Virus record (IMG/VR): IMGVR_UViG_3300035698_026135
Coordinates: 1-64,000 of that record
Direction: 5' to 3' (one strand)
Length of the DNA: 64,000 nt
Origin: a virus
Part shown: in pieces, positions 37,556 to 48,600 of the stretch
Numbering within the stretch: the stretch's first letter is position 1
How the letters are laid out: each line of letters begins with the position of its first letter
The notes under the pieces: generated by a model
Told to the model about the DNA's origin: nothing
Databases searched by the model: none
What the model saw: the letters and a program-made list of their open reading frames with translations, nothing else
Position numbers and translations under genes: made by a program

Positions 37556-40222
37556 ATGCCATCAATAAAAATACAAAATGTAGACAAGGCAGAGGTTCAA
37601 GTAAGAAATCTCTCCATTCCGCCGCCCGATTCAACTGCGGAGGTTGATCTTCGCCAATCTCTGTCCAACACACAAATACGTTCAGTTTTAGGCCCCGGCC
37701 AAGCTTTTTCGTTAACCAACAAGCTTAAAATAGAATTTATTCCCACAAAAAACACGGCCTCACCCGAGAAAGATAACGTATTTTGGGAAGATACCATACT
37801 CGAAGGAATAGGAGCATGGGATGCCGGCCTGTGGTTTAAAGACAAAAACGAAGTTGTCTCTTTCGATCGAGACTTGTACTCTATCGTCTTCCGTGGCCCC
37901 GTAAAAGTAACCCTGAACGGAACGGAGGCTGAACTTGAAATTTCCGACAATTTTAAAAATTATGTAAAAGATTATTTTAAGGGACGAGGAATCAATATTC
38001 CGACCGTAGGATTTCTGAGCCTAAAAATAGAGAGTCATCCTATCGATGTTAATGATGACCTTCAAGACAATCGAAGGGTTGACTACCTTCTGATAAAAAC
38101 CTCCTTTGATCCTCTTGTTATAGAGGGAGATATTGACGAAGCAAATCTCACAAAAGTTCCAGAAAGAGAGCAATGTGAGGTTCGCCCCGTAAAAATGCCC
38201 GATGGCTCCACCAGATATGTGAAAGTCAAACCCGCAAGAAAGAAGTCTGTCCCAGTAACTGCGGCCGAAAGATTCGCGGAGGCCCGCGAAAACGCCACTC
38301 TAGCATATTATGAAACAGAACCCTTTGCATATGAATCCTTGCAAGTTCCTTTGTTGTCCGGACATTTTGTTTATAATTTTTTTGAAGCCAGCGAAGAGTC
38401 CTCGGAGGTCGCCCGCCGTAGAAACTATAAACTAAAAAAAAAGAGAGATATACCCAAATATATACAGTTGAAATGGAGCCCATCTCCTGCCGTTTTGGTG
38501 GTTAAGCCCTCTCCTCCTCCATCAAAATCGCCTACCACCACCAATATTATAAAAACATTTTCACAACAAAAGATAGAACAACAGAAAAAGGGTGTACCTG
38601 TTGATCAATTAAAGAAGGATCCATCGAGATATAGCGAAATAGCTTCTATACCAGCAAAAGATACCTCCGGAATTCAGGCCGTCAACTCCCAAAACAATCA
38701 ATCATCGACTGGCAACTCCACATATTCCTCTCTTATTGGATATTACGGAGGAACAAAGACCAAAACAGAAACCGCAGCCTATACGGGAACTTCTTATTCT
38801 TTGAATGGTACCAATTTGGCCCTTGGCGGGTATAAAAACGAATCAGAGGCGATACTGTCATCAAACACGAGAACTGGAAACCTACTGAAGGCCCAAGTGG
38901 CAGAGAGAGCGTCAGCAGAAGCCATTAAAACCGCCACACTTGAGACCAACAAGACCACTGCGGGTTTCGTTGCCAACAAAGTCCAGACCCTCGCCCGCCC
39001 ACTCAGATCCGCAGGGCAAGAGATTGAATTTGTCGACACGAGCGCCCGCGAACTAGCCGGAGCTTTTGATACCGACTCTTCTCTGTTTGTTGATGGCGAT
39101 CAATTTCAGGGCGTTTCAGATAGAGAAAATCAAATTATCGACAACCTAGTAAAGCTTACAGACCAACCTGATGCCATCGCGGGACCAAACGAGTTCTCTA
39201 GGTATATAGGCTACATCCTTCTGAAAGAGGTATTCAACCCGGAGACAGATCAGTACGATGCCGTCGACCTTCTTGTGGCTCTCGATCGAAGAAAGAGCGA
39301 GATTGTCGATACCAAAGTCTCTTATGATAACACGTATCGATACAAGATTAGGTCTGTCTATAAATTTATCAATGTTGACGAACTTCCCCTTTTTCGGGAT
39401 AAGGATTCCGTGATCACTCGCGATGTCAAAACCGTCTATAACGATGGAGTAACTCTAAAACACGCATATTACTTCGATTCAAAATTTTCAAATTCTATAG
39501 AAGTAACATGCTTGGATGATCGACGACCTGATCCTCCCTATTCCATCAAGATTAATCCAAACTCCAAAAAGAATGAAATATTTATCTCTTGGTCTCAAAG
39601 ATTTCAGAGTAAAGATATCGTAGGATATCACATTTACAGAAGAGAGAACGTAAAAGGCTCTACATTTAAAAGGATTAACAGAAGTTTGATTCCTCCTAGA
39701 AACAACTTTTTTGTTGACAGCTTAATCAAAAGGGACGTTGAATATATTTATACTATAGAAACCTTGGATGTTCATGATAACGAATCCAAATTATCGATTC
39801 AGAATATTGCGTCTACTAGATCTCAAGATTTTTCCCTAGGAAGAGTAGAGAATCCAATAAAGGTTCATCTAAACCAAGAAATCGAGTTTGATGAGGTTGT
39901 CGCAATCAAAAAGAGTGATATAATAAAGCTGAAAACGAATATCAAGATTGCAATTAATCCAATTTTCTTAAATTTGGATCGAGAATCAAACTATTTACTC
40001 AACATTAAGTCTTTAGACACTTTTGATGAAAAGGAAATTAAGTTAAATTTTAAAACGAAAATAATTAATCATAGAAAGGTTTTAGCTAGTAGTGATGAGT
40101 TTGAACGACAAAAAGAGAAAATCTCCAAAAGCTTTGAAATCAACCAACAAGGCCGCTACGGGATCACCGAAGAAGAGGCTCAACGTTTAACTAACAGAAG
40201 AAAGGAAGAATTTGATGAGTAA
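37556..40222 (+). CDS. Large FN3-like repeat structural protein
   Basis: IVDTKVSYDNTYRYKIR; PDPP...ISW....DIVGYHIYRR; FVDSLI.RDVEYIY.IE..DVHDNES. Confidence 0.65.
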   Translation: MPSIKIQNVDKAEVQVRNLSIPPPDSTAEVDLRQSLSNTQIRSVLGPGQAFSLTNKLKIEFIPTKNTASPEKDNVFWEDTILEGIGAWDAGLWFKDKNEVVSFDRDLYSIVFRGPVKVTLNGTEAELEISDNFKNYVKDYFKGRGINIPTVGFLSLKIESHPIDVNDDLQDNRRVDYLLIKTSFDPLVIEGDIDEANLTKVPEREQCEVRPVKMPDGSTRYVKVKPARKKSVPVTAAERFAEARENATLAYYETEPFAYESLQVPLLSGHFVYNFFEASEESSEVARRRNYKLKKKRDIPKYIQLKWSPSPAVLVVKPSPPPSKSPTTTNIIKTFSQQKIEQQKKGVPVDQLKKDPSRYSEIASIPAKDTSGIQAVNSQNNQSSTGNSTYSSLIGYYGGTKTKTETAAYTGTSYSLNGTNLALGGYKNESEAILSSNTRTGNLLKAQVAERASAEAIKTATLETNKTTAGFVANKVQTLARPLRSAGQEIEFVDTSARELAGAFDTDSSLFVDGDQFQGVSDRENQIIDNLVKLTDQPDAIAGPNEFSRYIGYILLKEVFNPETDQYDAVDLLVALDRRKSEIVDTKVSYDNTYRYKIRSVYKFINVDELPLFRDKDSVITRDVKTVYNDGVTLKHAYYFDSKFSNSIEVTCLDDRRPDPPYSIKINPNSKKNEIFISWSQRFQSKDIVGYHIYRRENVKGSTFKRINRSLIPPRNNFFVDSLIKRDVEYIYTIETLDVHDNESKLSIQNIASTRSQDFSLGRVENPIKVHLNQEIEFDEVVAIKKSDIIKLKTNIKIAINPIFLNLDRESNYLLNIKSLDTFDEKEIKLNFKTKIINHRKVLASSDEFERQKEKISKSFEINQQGRYGITEEEAQRLTNRRKEEFDE

Positions 40223-40322
40223 GAATATATATAACAAGACAGAGAAAGTAAAGATCGTCAAACTTCTTGACGGACTTTTTGGAAAGTTTGATAATAATAT
40301 CAAATATTTAGGAGAAAAATAA
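40215..40322 (+). CDS. Possible 35-aa protein (not in ORF track)
   Basis: AAGGA upstream; MSKNIYNKTEKVKIVKLLDGLFGKFDNNIKYLGEK fills the gap exactly. Confidence 0.3.
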   Translation: MSKNIYNKTEKVKIVKLLDGLFGKFDNNIKYLGEK

Positions 40323-40323
40323 C

Positions 40324-41040
40324 TTGGCGTTTATAGATCGATCAGGCGACATAATAGTAGATGCGGTGCTCACCGACGCCGGAAGAGAGAAATTAGCACG
40401 TAATGACGGCTCTTTTAGAATCGTAGGATATGCATTTGGCGACGACGAAATAGATTATACCCTATTTAATCCCACGACAGGCTCGGCATTTCAGGATGAA
40501 GAAATTCTAGAAACACCCCTATTTGAGGCTAATGTTAATGAAAAGATTGCCTTAAATTACCCTTTAATGATTATTTCAAATCCTAATTTGAAATATCTTC
40601 CAACTTTATCTCCGGACAACAACCAAGTTAATGTAGGCGAAGAGAAAGGCCTCTCTTCAGGCGTTACTTTAAGGTTTTTTCAGAATACAAATCAGAATGC
40701 TCGCGTTGTTCCTGTAGAGATTCAAGATTCAGGATTTAGAATCGAGATGTCACACGAATTATTGCAGGTTGAAGACGATTCTCCCGTGGATATAACTCCA
40801 TATGGAACTTCCATATACATAAGACAGCGAGACCCGCAGCTAATCCAGGCTACACAGGGGTCTCAAATCACCCTGAAGATCCGCCCCCAGTCTCTAAGCA
40901 ATACGACCTGGGATACTTTTGGCGTGGTCGGGTCGGGCGGAACCAAAAGAGATATAACAACAAAAGTTAAGGCGACCGGACTAAACTCGGGTCTATCCGC
41001 AGAAGTCACTATTGTGATAAATGAAGAATTTAATAGATAA
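40324..41040 (+). CDS. Baseplate/tail-fibre attachment-type structural protein
   Basis: DAVLTDAGREKLA....F.I..YAFGDDEIDY; TTG start with GGAG SD. Confidence 0.65.
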   Translation: MAFIDRSGDIIVDAVLTDAGREKLARNDGSFRIVGYAFGDDEIDYTLFNPTTGSAFQDEEILETPLFEANVNEKIALNYPLMIISNPNLKYLPTLSPDNNQVNVGEEKGLSSGVTLRFFQNTNQNARVVPVEIQDSGFRIEMSHELLQVEDDSPVDITPYGTSIYIRQRDPQLIQATQGSQITLKIRPQSLSNTTWDTFGVVGSGGTKRDITTKVKATGLNSGLSAEVTIVINEEFNR

Positions 41041-41058
41041 GGGAGATTTATATAAGAA

Positions 41059-42144
41059 ATGTTTAAAAATCTAGATACAGCAAGAGATATCGTCAATCAA
41101 CTCGCAACAGTCAATGAGGTTGCGGTTTATGGTCCCGGAGTCTTTACGGGCTCCTCGGGAGCGAACGGCGAATATAACGTCAAGAAGTTCAATCATTGGA
41201 CCTCTGGCTCCACAACTCCCGAATCAGGTAGCTATTATCACGCTGTTTATTCTGACAATTATTCCGGCTCGTTTTCTGTCGAGTTGGCAAATATTTCTTT
41301 TGGATATTCTATTTCCTCCTCTTTCTATGTGAGTAGAAGTCTCGCCGGAGATTTTGTTCACGCTACCAACTTTCAAGAAAAGAACAGGATTTATAAACTT
41401 TATGCAAAACAGCTCCTCGGAGACGAAAAGTCTCTTTTCTCAATAGGTGGGTCTACGCGTAATGAACTTATCTTCCTGTCTCTTAGGCGAAGTCAATATA
41501 AAGACGAACTTAAAAAAGGTACCGTCGCGATACAAATGATGGCATCTGGAACAGCAAGACCAGCTGGAGGCGCAAACGAAGAAAGAAATAATCAAGTTTT
41601 TATCGACGAAGGAGCATCAACAGCATTTTCTCGCGGGAATCGTGGAGATTATGCATCTCTAACGTCAGGAAGTCTTACGGGCGGCCTCGTGTTTTATCAG
41701 GCTGGAATCGTAGCGCTTGTTCCAGAGATCATTAGTAATACTAGCTCGCTTGCCACGAATCCCGGAAACGAATGGTCCGGATCTAACGACTATCTGTCGA
41801 TGGTCGTGTCTGGTGGAGAGGGAAATTTTGACGATCTACTAAATGCGGTTCGATATAGACTTATAAATCTATCTGTCGTAAATCAGTCTAATCTACATTC
41901 CACTTTCTATTTCTGTCGCGCATTGAATGATGAGTTTAATTATTCTTCCAATCCAACCTTTATAGACTCAGCAGGAAGAATCCTTCCCACCTCTGGAAAC
42001 ACAGACCTCAATACAAGAACTTACATCACCAAAGTTGGCCTCATGGGCGAAAATAGCGAAATGCTCGCTATGGCATCTTTATCTAGACCCTTAAAGAAAA
42101 CTCCAGAATCCGAACTGGTAATAAAGGTAAGACTAGATTATTAG
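41059..42144 (+). CDS. Structural protein, paralog 1 of 3 sharing the C-terminal FC.A...EFNYS.NP / YIT.VGL / LS.P.K / RLDY domain
   Basis: C-terminal motif shared with the next two genes; 6 [ST]GS. Confidence 0.7.
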   Translation: MFKNLDTARDIVNQLATVNEVAVYGPGVFTGSSGANGEYNVKKFNHWTSGSTTPESGSYYHAVYSDNYSGSFSVELANISFGYSISSSFYVSRSLAGDFVHATNFQEKNRIYKLYAKQLLGDEKSLFSIGGSTRNELIFLSLRRSQYKDELKKGTVAIQMMASGTARPAGGANEERNNQVFIDEGASTAFSRGNRGDYASLTSGSLTGGLVFYQAGIVALVPEIISNTSSLATNPGNEWSGSNDYLSMVVSGGEGNFDDLLNAVRYRLINLSVVNQSNLHSTFYFCRALNDEFNYSSNPTFIDSAGRILPTSGNTDLNTRTYITKVGLMGENSEMLAMASLSRPLKKTPESELVIKVRLDY

Positions 42145-42156
42145 AGATGTCTCAAA

Positions 42157-43287
42157 ATGAAAAAATTCGATCTAAACAAAGATGTAATCTATACCTTCGG
42201 AACGATAACAGCTAACGAAAGATTTGGCTTCGAAGGACAAGGAAATTTCTTCGAGGAAGAATTTAAATACCACCGCGAATACAACTCGTCAGGTTGGACT
42301 GTCGGAAATATCTCAGGAGCGTATTACGTTTCTTGTTTTGACACCTTTCGCTCTGGAACGCTCAATCCATCTCGCCAGGGAGATCTTTCGTTCGGCGTGA
42401 GCGTTTCGTCCTCCATTGCTAGTGCTGCTGGTCAAGAGGCGGGAACCGTAAATTATTTTCCTCAAAAATTAAAAAACTATAGGAGGCATTCACAACTTGT
42501 TTTGGGTGACCCTAATAAGATTTTTAGCTTCAACGGAATTCCAAAAAACGAATTAATTTTTATAAGTTTTCCCCGCTCAAGGGTCTGGGATGGAATAAAG
42601 CCAGGATCATTTGTTTTGCATGCTCGATACTCGGGATCATTTGGCGACGGAGCACGGAAGGCCGGCTTCAATCCCTTCGGGAGCGAAAGGCAGATGCGCG
42701 ATGTACCTTCCGAAGTCATCACTCGTCAAGGCCGCAAGGGAGACATCTACCTAAACACCGACGACGACGGGCAACCGCGAGACCCAGATTACGCAGCAGA
42801 CTCTTTGGAAATCGCCGCCCAAATATATTATGACATCGGCCTCTTGGTGGTTGATCCAACAAAGGTTGGGTTCTCCAGTTCTTTTAGTAAGGATGACTGG
42901 TATCAATCCGGGACAGTTTCGGCATCATATGGAGAACTCGTTTCGAACATTAGCTCTTCAAACACGGGTCTCGAAGAATTGTATACGGCGATGGCCGCAA
43001 GATTTGGATTATTTCAATACGAGAAACAGAGCAAGGTGGCCCAAACCTTCTATATTTGTAAGGCTGATCGCGGAGAATTTTGTTATTCGCCAAATCCCAG
43101 CTTTACCGCAGACGACGGAAGTATCATTACCGTCTCCGGCACACAAAATTTTTCTCCATCAGCCTATATCACTAGGATCGGCCTCTTAGGAGAAAACCAA
43201 GAGACTTTAGCTGTTGCAAATCTCAGTAAGCCGGTAGAAAAAACCTTCGACAACAACGTAGAGATACTTGTGAGGCTAGATTATTAA
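42157..43287 (+). CDS. Structural protein, paralog 2 of 3
   Basis: FYICKADRGEFCYSPNPSF...YITRIGL..EN.E.LAVANLSKP.K....VRLDY. Confidence 0.7.
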   Translation: MKKFDLNKDVIYTFGTITANERFGFEGQGNFFEEEFKYHREYNSSGWTVGNISGAYYVSCFDTFRSGTLNPSRQGDLSFGVSVSSSIASAAGQEAGTVNYFPQKLKNYRRHSQLVLGDPNKIFSFNGIPKNELIFISFPRSRVWDGIKPGSFVLHARYSGSFGDGARKAGFNPFGSERQMRDVPSEVITRQGRKGDIYLNTDDDGQPRDPDYAADSLEIAAQIYYDIGLLVVDPTKVGFSSSFSKDDWYQSGTVSASYGELVSNISSSNTGLEELYTAMAARFGLFQYEKQSKVAQTFYICKADRGEFCYSPNPSFTADDGSIITVSGTQNFSPSAYITRIGLLGENQETLAVANLSKPVEKTFDNNVEILVRLDY

Positions 43288-44138
43288 TGTCCTTCTTTAA
43301 ACTCAGAGATTGCGATGTTATATCAACATCGTATACCGCCCATCCTAATTATGACGTCAATATGTCGGGCGCAAATATTGTAACCGATATTTTTGGATCT
43401 GATCCTTACACCATCTTTAACTCCACGTCTGTTGGGCACCAGAGAACCTTTCAAGACCTTGAAGGAAACACTGTCACTGGATCTTACAACCTAACTGGGA
43501 ACGTCCTCTTTCTTTCTTCTGATATATTGAGCGGCTCCGAAAAACGATCTCTAAGTAGACTAAAGGACATATATGGATCGTCTTCCTTCGTTAAGACAGA
43601 AAATTATTTATCATCGGCGATCTTTAATCCTGCAACAGGAATAGAAGATGAAACGATTCATATCGTCAACATCCCGCAGGTTTTATATGGATCTCAACTT
43701 AAAGGCGGGAGTATAAACATCACAACAAACGGCGGTCAAAAATATCACGATGACTCCTATGGCGGCGTTTTTTCTGGCTCTCTACTTGTTGGTTCTGTTT
43801 TTTATCAACACGGAATCATCCTATTAGGGAGAAAATTTACAACAGGCGGCATTGTTGGTATTTCCGCTTCGTTCAGCGGAACCCACAAGATACCCCTAAA
43901 TCTATATCTCTGCCGTGCCGAAAAGGGCGAACTAAATTTTTCGCAAAACACCTCTTATGTTGAGTTGGTCACCGGATCGAATTATGAAGAGACTTCCACG
44001 ACCAGACCTAAGACGTTCATAACGGGCGTCGGACTTTACGATGAAGATTATAAACTCGTTGGCGTGGCCAAGGTGTCAACGCCCATCCTAAACGAAGAAG
44101 ATACAAATATACTTTTTAAATTAAAATTGGTATTTTAA
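43287..44138 (+). CDS. Structural protein, paralog 3 of 3
   Basis: YLCRAEKGELNFSQN...TFITGVGLYDEDYKLVGVAKVSTP....FKLKLVF. Confidence 0.7.
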   Translation: MSFFKLRDCDVISTSYTAHPNYDVNMSGANIVTDIFGSDPYTIFNSTSVGHQRTFQDLEGNTVTGSYNLTGNVLFLSSDILSGSEKRSLSRLKDIYGSSSFVKTENYLSSAIFNPATGIEDETIHIVNIPQVLYGSQLKGGSINITTNGGQKYHDDSYGGVFSGSLLVGSVFYQHGIILLGRKFTTGGIVGISASFSGTHKIPLNLYLCRAEKGELNFSQNTSYVELVTGSNYEETSTTRPKTFITGVGLYDEDYKLVGVAKVSTPILNEEDTNILFKLKLVF

Positions 44139-44671
44139 TGTTTTTGGGCCTGGATATAAGCACAACGACCGTAGGATGGTCTATCTTAGGAAAAGACGGA
44201 AGCCTCGTCGATTACGGACATATCACCTTTTCGAAAAAACTCGGCACGGACCTCCTCTTGAAGATGGACTACTTCTCTGAAGTGTTTTCGAAGATCCTAG
44301 ATCAATACTCCGACAAGATAGATCATTGGGCAGTAGAAGCAGCCGTCAAAAAATTCCAAGGCGGACTATCCACAGCAAACACCATCTATGTCTGTGCATC
44401 TTTCAATTTTGGCGTGACACACTACGTTTACAGCCGCCTGAGAAAGGCTCCCTTATATATTCCGGTATCCACCGCCAGGAAGACGGTTGGAGTCAAAGTT
44501 CCGAGAGGGCTTGACACTTACCATAAAAAAGCACATATTGTAGATTGGTGCATGGCCAAGTTTTCAAATTTCAGCGTCGAGTATACACGAACAGCCCGCT
44601 ACAAGCCCTACATGGGAGACATGGCTGATGCCATAGTCATAGCAGAATCGTCAAGGTTGATGAATGAGTGA
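44138..44671 (+). CDS. RuvC-like Holliday junction resolvase
   Basis: FLGLDISTTTVG, AVEA, ARK, DMADAIVIA. Confidence 0.8.
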   Translation: MFLGLDISTTTVGWSILGKDGSLVDYGHITFSKKLGTDLLLKMDYFSEVFSKILDQYSDKIDHWAVEAAVKKFQGGLSTANTIYVCASFNFGVTHYVYSRLRKAPLYIPVSTARKTVGVKVPRGLDTYHKKAHIVDWCMAKFSNFSVEYTRTARYKPYMGDMADAIVIAESSRLMNE

Positions 44672-45599
44672 TGTAGTTTTTGAGCAACGCGTTGAGATAA
44701 TAAAAGAGATTTTCGGAAGTTGTTACTACAACAGGAACAACAACGAAGCTGTGGTGTACTGCCCTGAGCATTCTCACCACAAAAGGAAGCTATCGATCAA
44801 CGTAGAGAAGAATTCTTATCGCTGTTGGGTGTGTGGCCTCGGAGGCTATAAGATATACGGACTTCTGTCTAAGTATGCTTCCTACGACCAAAAGAAGAGA
44901 TACCTAGAGACTCTCGGACAGAAGATAAGAACCTGGGACGAAGAGGAAGCGGTAGAGCTGAGGCTTCCAGATGACTATAAATTCGTTCTAAATCAAAGTA
45001 GTCCTACCGCCCTGGCGGCCCTATCGCTGCTGAGAAACGAGTTAAATCTCGACGACAATACAATCATACAAAACAAGATAGGGTTCTGCGAAGAGGGCAT
45101 GTATCAAGGAAGGGTTCTCTTCCCCTCATTTGACTCCGAAGGAAAACTGAACTACTTTATCACAAGGAAGGTGTTTTCCGACAGCGGAAAGAAATATCTC
45201 GATTGCGCCGCCGAAAAGAAGTCTGTAATATACAACGAGATATTCTTAGACTGGTCTAAGCCTATAATTTTAGTAGAGTCGACAAAGACATACCTGAGAC
45301 ACTTTATGGTACCAAACGTAATACCCCTAATGGGAACAAAGATAGACGAGAGAAATAGATCCTTCCAGGAGATCATTTTGAGAGATTGCCCAAAAGTCTA
45401 TATTGCGTTCGATGCAGACGCCAAACAACATTCTTTGAATTTGGTGAAAAAGTTTAAATCGTATGGAATCGAATGCAGACATGCAAGCCCAGAGGGCAGG
45501 TTGGACTCTATGCCTACAACATCCTTCTTGAGATGCCTCAAGGAATCTAAATCTTTTGATCTCGACGGTCTTTTATTAGAAAGAATGAGAGGAATATAG
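44664..45599 (+). CDS. DNA primase (zinc-binding plus TOPRIM)
   Basis: CP.H.HHK.KLSIN....YRCWVCG; RVLFP..D.EG..NYF..R; ILVES; IAFDADA. Confidence 0.8.
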   Translation: MSDVVFEQRVEIIKEIFGSCYYNRNNNEAVVYCPEHSHHKRKLSINVEKNSYRCWVCGLGGYKIYGLLSKYASYDQKKRYLETLGQKIRTWDEEEAVELRLPDDYKFVLNQSSPTALAALSLLRNELNLDDNTIIQNKIGFCEEGMYQGRVLFPSFDSEGKLNYFITRKVFSDSGKKYLDCAAEKKSVIYNEIFLDWSKPIILVESTKTYLRHFMVPNVIPLMGTKIDERNRSFQEIILRDCPKVYIAFDADAKQHSLNLVKKFKSYGIECRHASPEGRLDSMPTTSFLRCLKESKSFDLDGLLLERMRGI

Positions 45600-45600
45600 A

Positions 45601-48600
45601 ATGAAAATTGCCGCTATTGCTGATGTCCATATTCGCGCTCTCGAATATCTCGATGAGATGGAATATACTTTTGATCGCCTTTACGAATCTCTAGAGAGGG
45701 AATCCGTGGATCTTGTTGTCATCTGCGGTGACCTCTTCCATAACAAGCTTACTGCAACTCACGAATATTTTGATTGTGCCTTCCGATTTCTTAAGACTCT
45801 TAGTGACAAATATGAGACGGTTGTCATCCCTGGAAATCACGACCTAGCCCTTTCGAATAGAGATCGTCTCGACGCAATCACTCCGGTCGTCCAAGCTGTC
45901 AATAGCCCCAATCTTCACTATTTCCTTACGTCGAAGGAAACTTTCACAAAAGACTTTAATGGTCAACGCTTTGTGTTTCATCACTTTTCGATCATTGATA
46001 AAAAGTCTGACTGGCCTGACTATGAAAATATAATCAAACACAAGGAAGATAGCGTGCACATCGCCCTCTACCATGGAGATATTGATGGTGCGTGCTACGA
46101 CAACGGCTGGGTCAGTAGGGGAAACAAGGATGAAATAAAAATCTTTTCAGGATTTGACTTTGCTATGCTTGGAGACCTTCATAAATACCAGATGTTGACC
46201 GATCGCATTGGCTACCCTGGCTCCCTAAGACAGAATAACTTTGGAGAACTGGAACTCCGAAAGGGATATCTGCTGTGGGACATAGAATCTAAGGAGGAGT
46301 TTTCCGTCAAGAGATCCGTCCTCCCACAGAAGAGGCACTTCTATACCATAAACGTGGATCCCAAAGAGGGAATCCCTAAAGACCTCGACATCAAAAAGGA
46401 TAGTCGGATTAGAGTTGTTCTCACTGCTCGTGCCACCATCTCTGAAGACCTAAAGATTCGAGAGGAAGTAAAAAATAAATTTCTTCCCTCTGGAGAGATC
46501 TCTGTGATTCCTCCCAAGGATGTGGTTCCTCTCGGCGATATCGAGATAGGAGACGAACAGATACCCCAAGGAAATCTAAGGGATTCTTTGACCCAAAAGA
46601 AGCTCATTGAAGACTATTTTTCCGGCCAAGGATTCGACGAAAAGACCATCAAAGGAGTTTGTGACCTTGATCAATTATATAATGGAGAATTGAACTCTGA
46701 CATCCTTAGGGATGTTATTTGGAAGCCCAAGAAATTATCCTTCAATAACATGTTCTCCTACGGCAAGAGTAATTCGATTGATTTTTCGAAAATAAATGGC
46801 CTCGTTGGAATCCTGGGCAAGAACGCTACAGGAAAGTCTTCTGTGATTGAGTCTCTGTGCTACACGATATTCAACAAGATCAACAAAGAGGGCGCCAACA
46901 AGAATGCAGACTATATCAATTCGAAAAAGCGCAAGTGTTCCACGAAGCTAGAGGTTAACTTTGGTGGAGAGGATTACTTCATCGAGCGGTCAACTTCTAA
47001 ATCTAAGTCCTCAAAAACCCCGCCAGTGAATGAGGTTAACTTCTATAAAAAGAGCGAAGGGAAAACATTGTCCCTGAACGGGGAAGACAAGCCATCTACC
47101 AACGCCGCCATCAGATCCATCTTCGGGGACCTGGGAGACTTCGTAACGACCTCTCTGAGCCCACAGGAGGGCCTAATCGAGTTCCTCAAGACCAGAGGTA
47201 CGGACAAAAAGAAGATATTTGCCAAATTTTTAGATCTTGAGATATTTGAGAAGAAATGTAAGTTTGCGGAGTTGGACTACTCTGAACTCAAGTCTAAGGC
47301 AAAAGAATATTCGAACGTGGATTTCTTTCAGGAACTCATATCCCTCAGAGAAAGTAAGTTAGAGATCGATTTATCCACGAAGGAGTCGGTCAAACAAAGG
47401 GACGACCTAAGAAAGCGAGTTGAAAATACATCTTCCAGGATTATCGATAGATCAAGCCATATCAAAGATATTGATTTTGACGTTTCTGCTACTGAGGATT
47501 CCATAAATTCTCTCATCGAAAGAAATCAGAGCGACATCGAATCAACAAAGAGTAGGCTAAAAACATTGAGCGCTGCTACCGAAGGCTTCGAATCGCTCTT
47601 GGCAAACGTCGATAGCCACAATGCGAAAATCGAAGAGATAAACGAAAAACTAAACGGAATCTCTTTGGTTGAGTCAAAAATCAAAGAAAAGAAAAAGAAG
47701 CTCAAAACCCTCGATATTGTTCCTTGTGGAGATGAATATCCCTCCTGTCCTTTTATAATCGAATCCCACCAGGCGAAGGCGGATCTCCGCCAGTTTGATG
47801 AGTCTCGTTTGGATGTGAAGGGAGACCTCAGGATCGAACTGGAATCTTTCAAGGAGTTGGTTGCCGAAGCCAGAGGAAAAAAAGACCAAGCATCGGAGGT
47901 GCCCGTATTGAGCGTGAAGCTTGAGAATTTAAACCTCAAGAGAGATCAGCTCATATCTCAACTTAAATCTTTTCAGAAAAATAAAGATCTGATCATTGAG
48001 AACAAACACACCATTGACGATATTAATAATCTGAAAAAGGAAAAAGAAAAACTAAATCAGGAGCTATGGGCAACAGAAGAGAAAATACTCGACCTTGCTC
48101 GCCGCCAAGAAAACAAAAATAGAGACATACTAGACTGTGAGACAACACAGGAGAAGATTGAGAAGGTCAGAGTTTCCATAAAGAGTTACGAACTCTACCT
48201 CAAAGCAATGGGAAAGAATGGAATTTCTTATAGGATTATATCTCAGAGGCTCCCCGCAATCAATGAAGAGATCAATAGAATCCTGAGCAATGTCGCAACC
48301 TTTAGCATTCTTATTGACGATGATCAGAAGTCTAAGAGCATACAGATCTATCTATATGACGAAGAGAAGGGAAAGAGAACTATGGAGCTTGGGTCGGGTT
48401 TCGAGAAGACGATGGTCTCGCTGGCTATCAGAGCTGCCCTCTGGAACATCTCTTCTCTACCAAAGGCTCCGATACTGATTCTGGACGAGCCATTCGGGTT
48501 TATTGAAGAAGATAAAATTTCTGCTACAATAAGAATGCTGAAGTATTTAAAGAACTACTTTACTCATATCTTTATCATCAGTCATGATGTTAATATGAAA

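Noticed and set aside
41059-44138. Diversity-generating retroelement targets
   Set aside because: The paralogous C-termini are diverged at all positions; no near-identical TR/VR pair or reverse transcriptase is seen.
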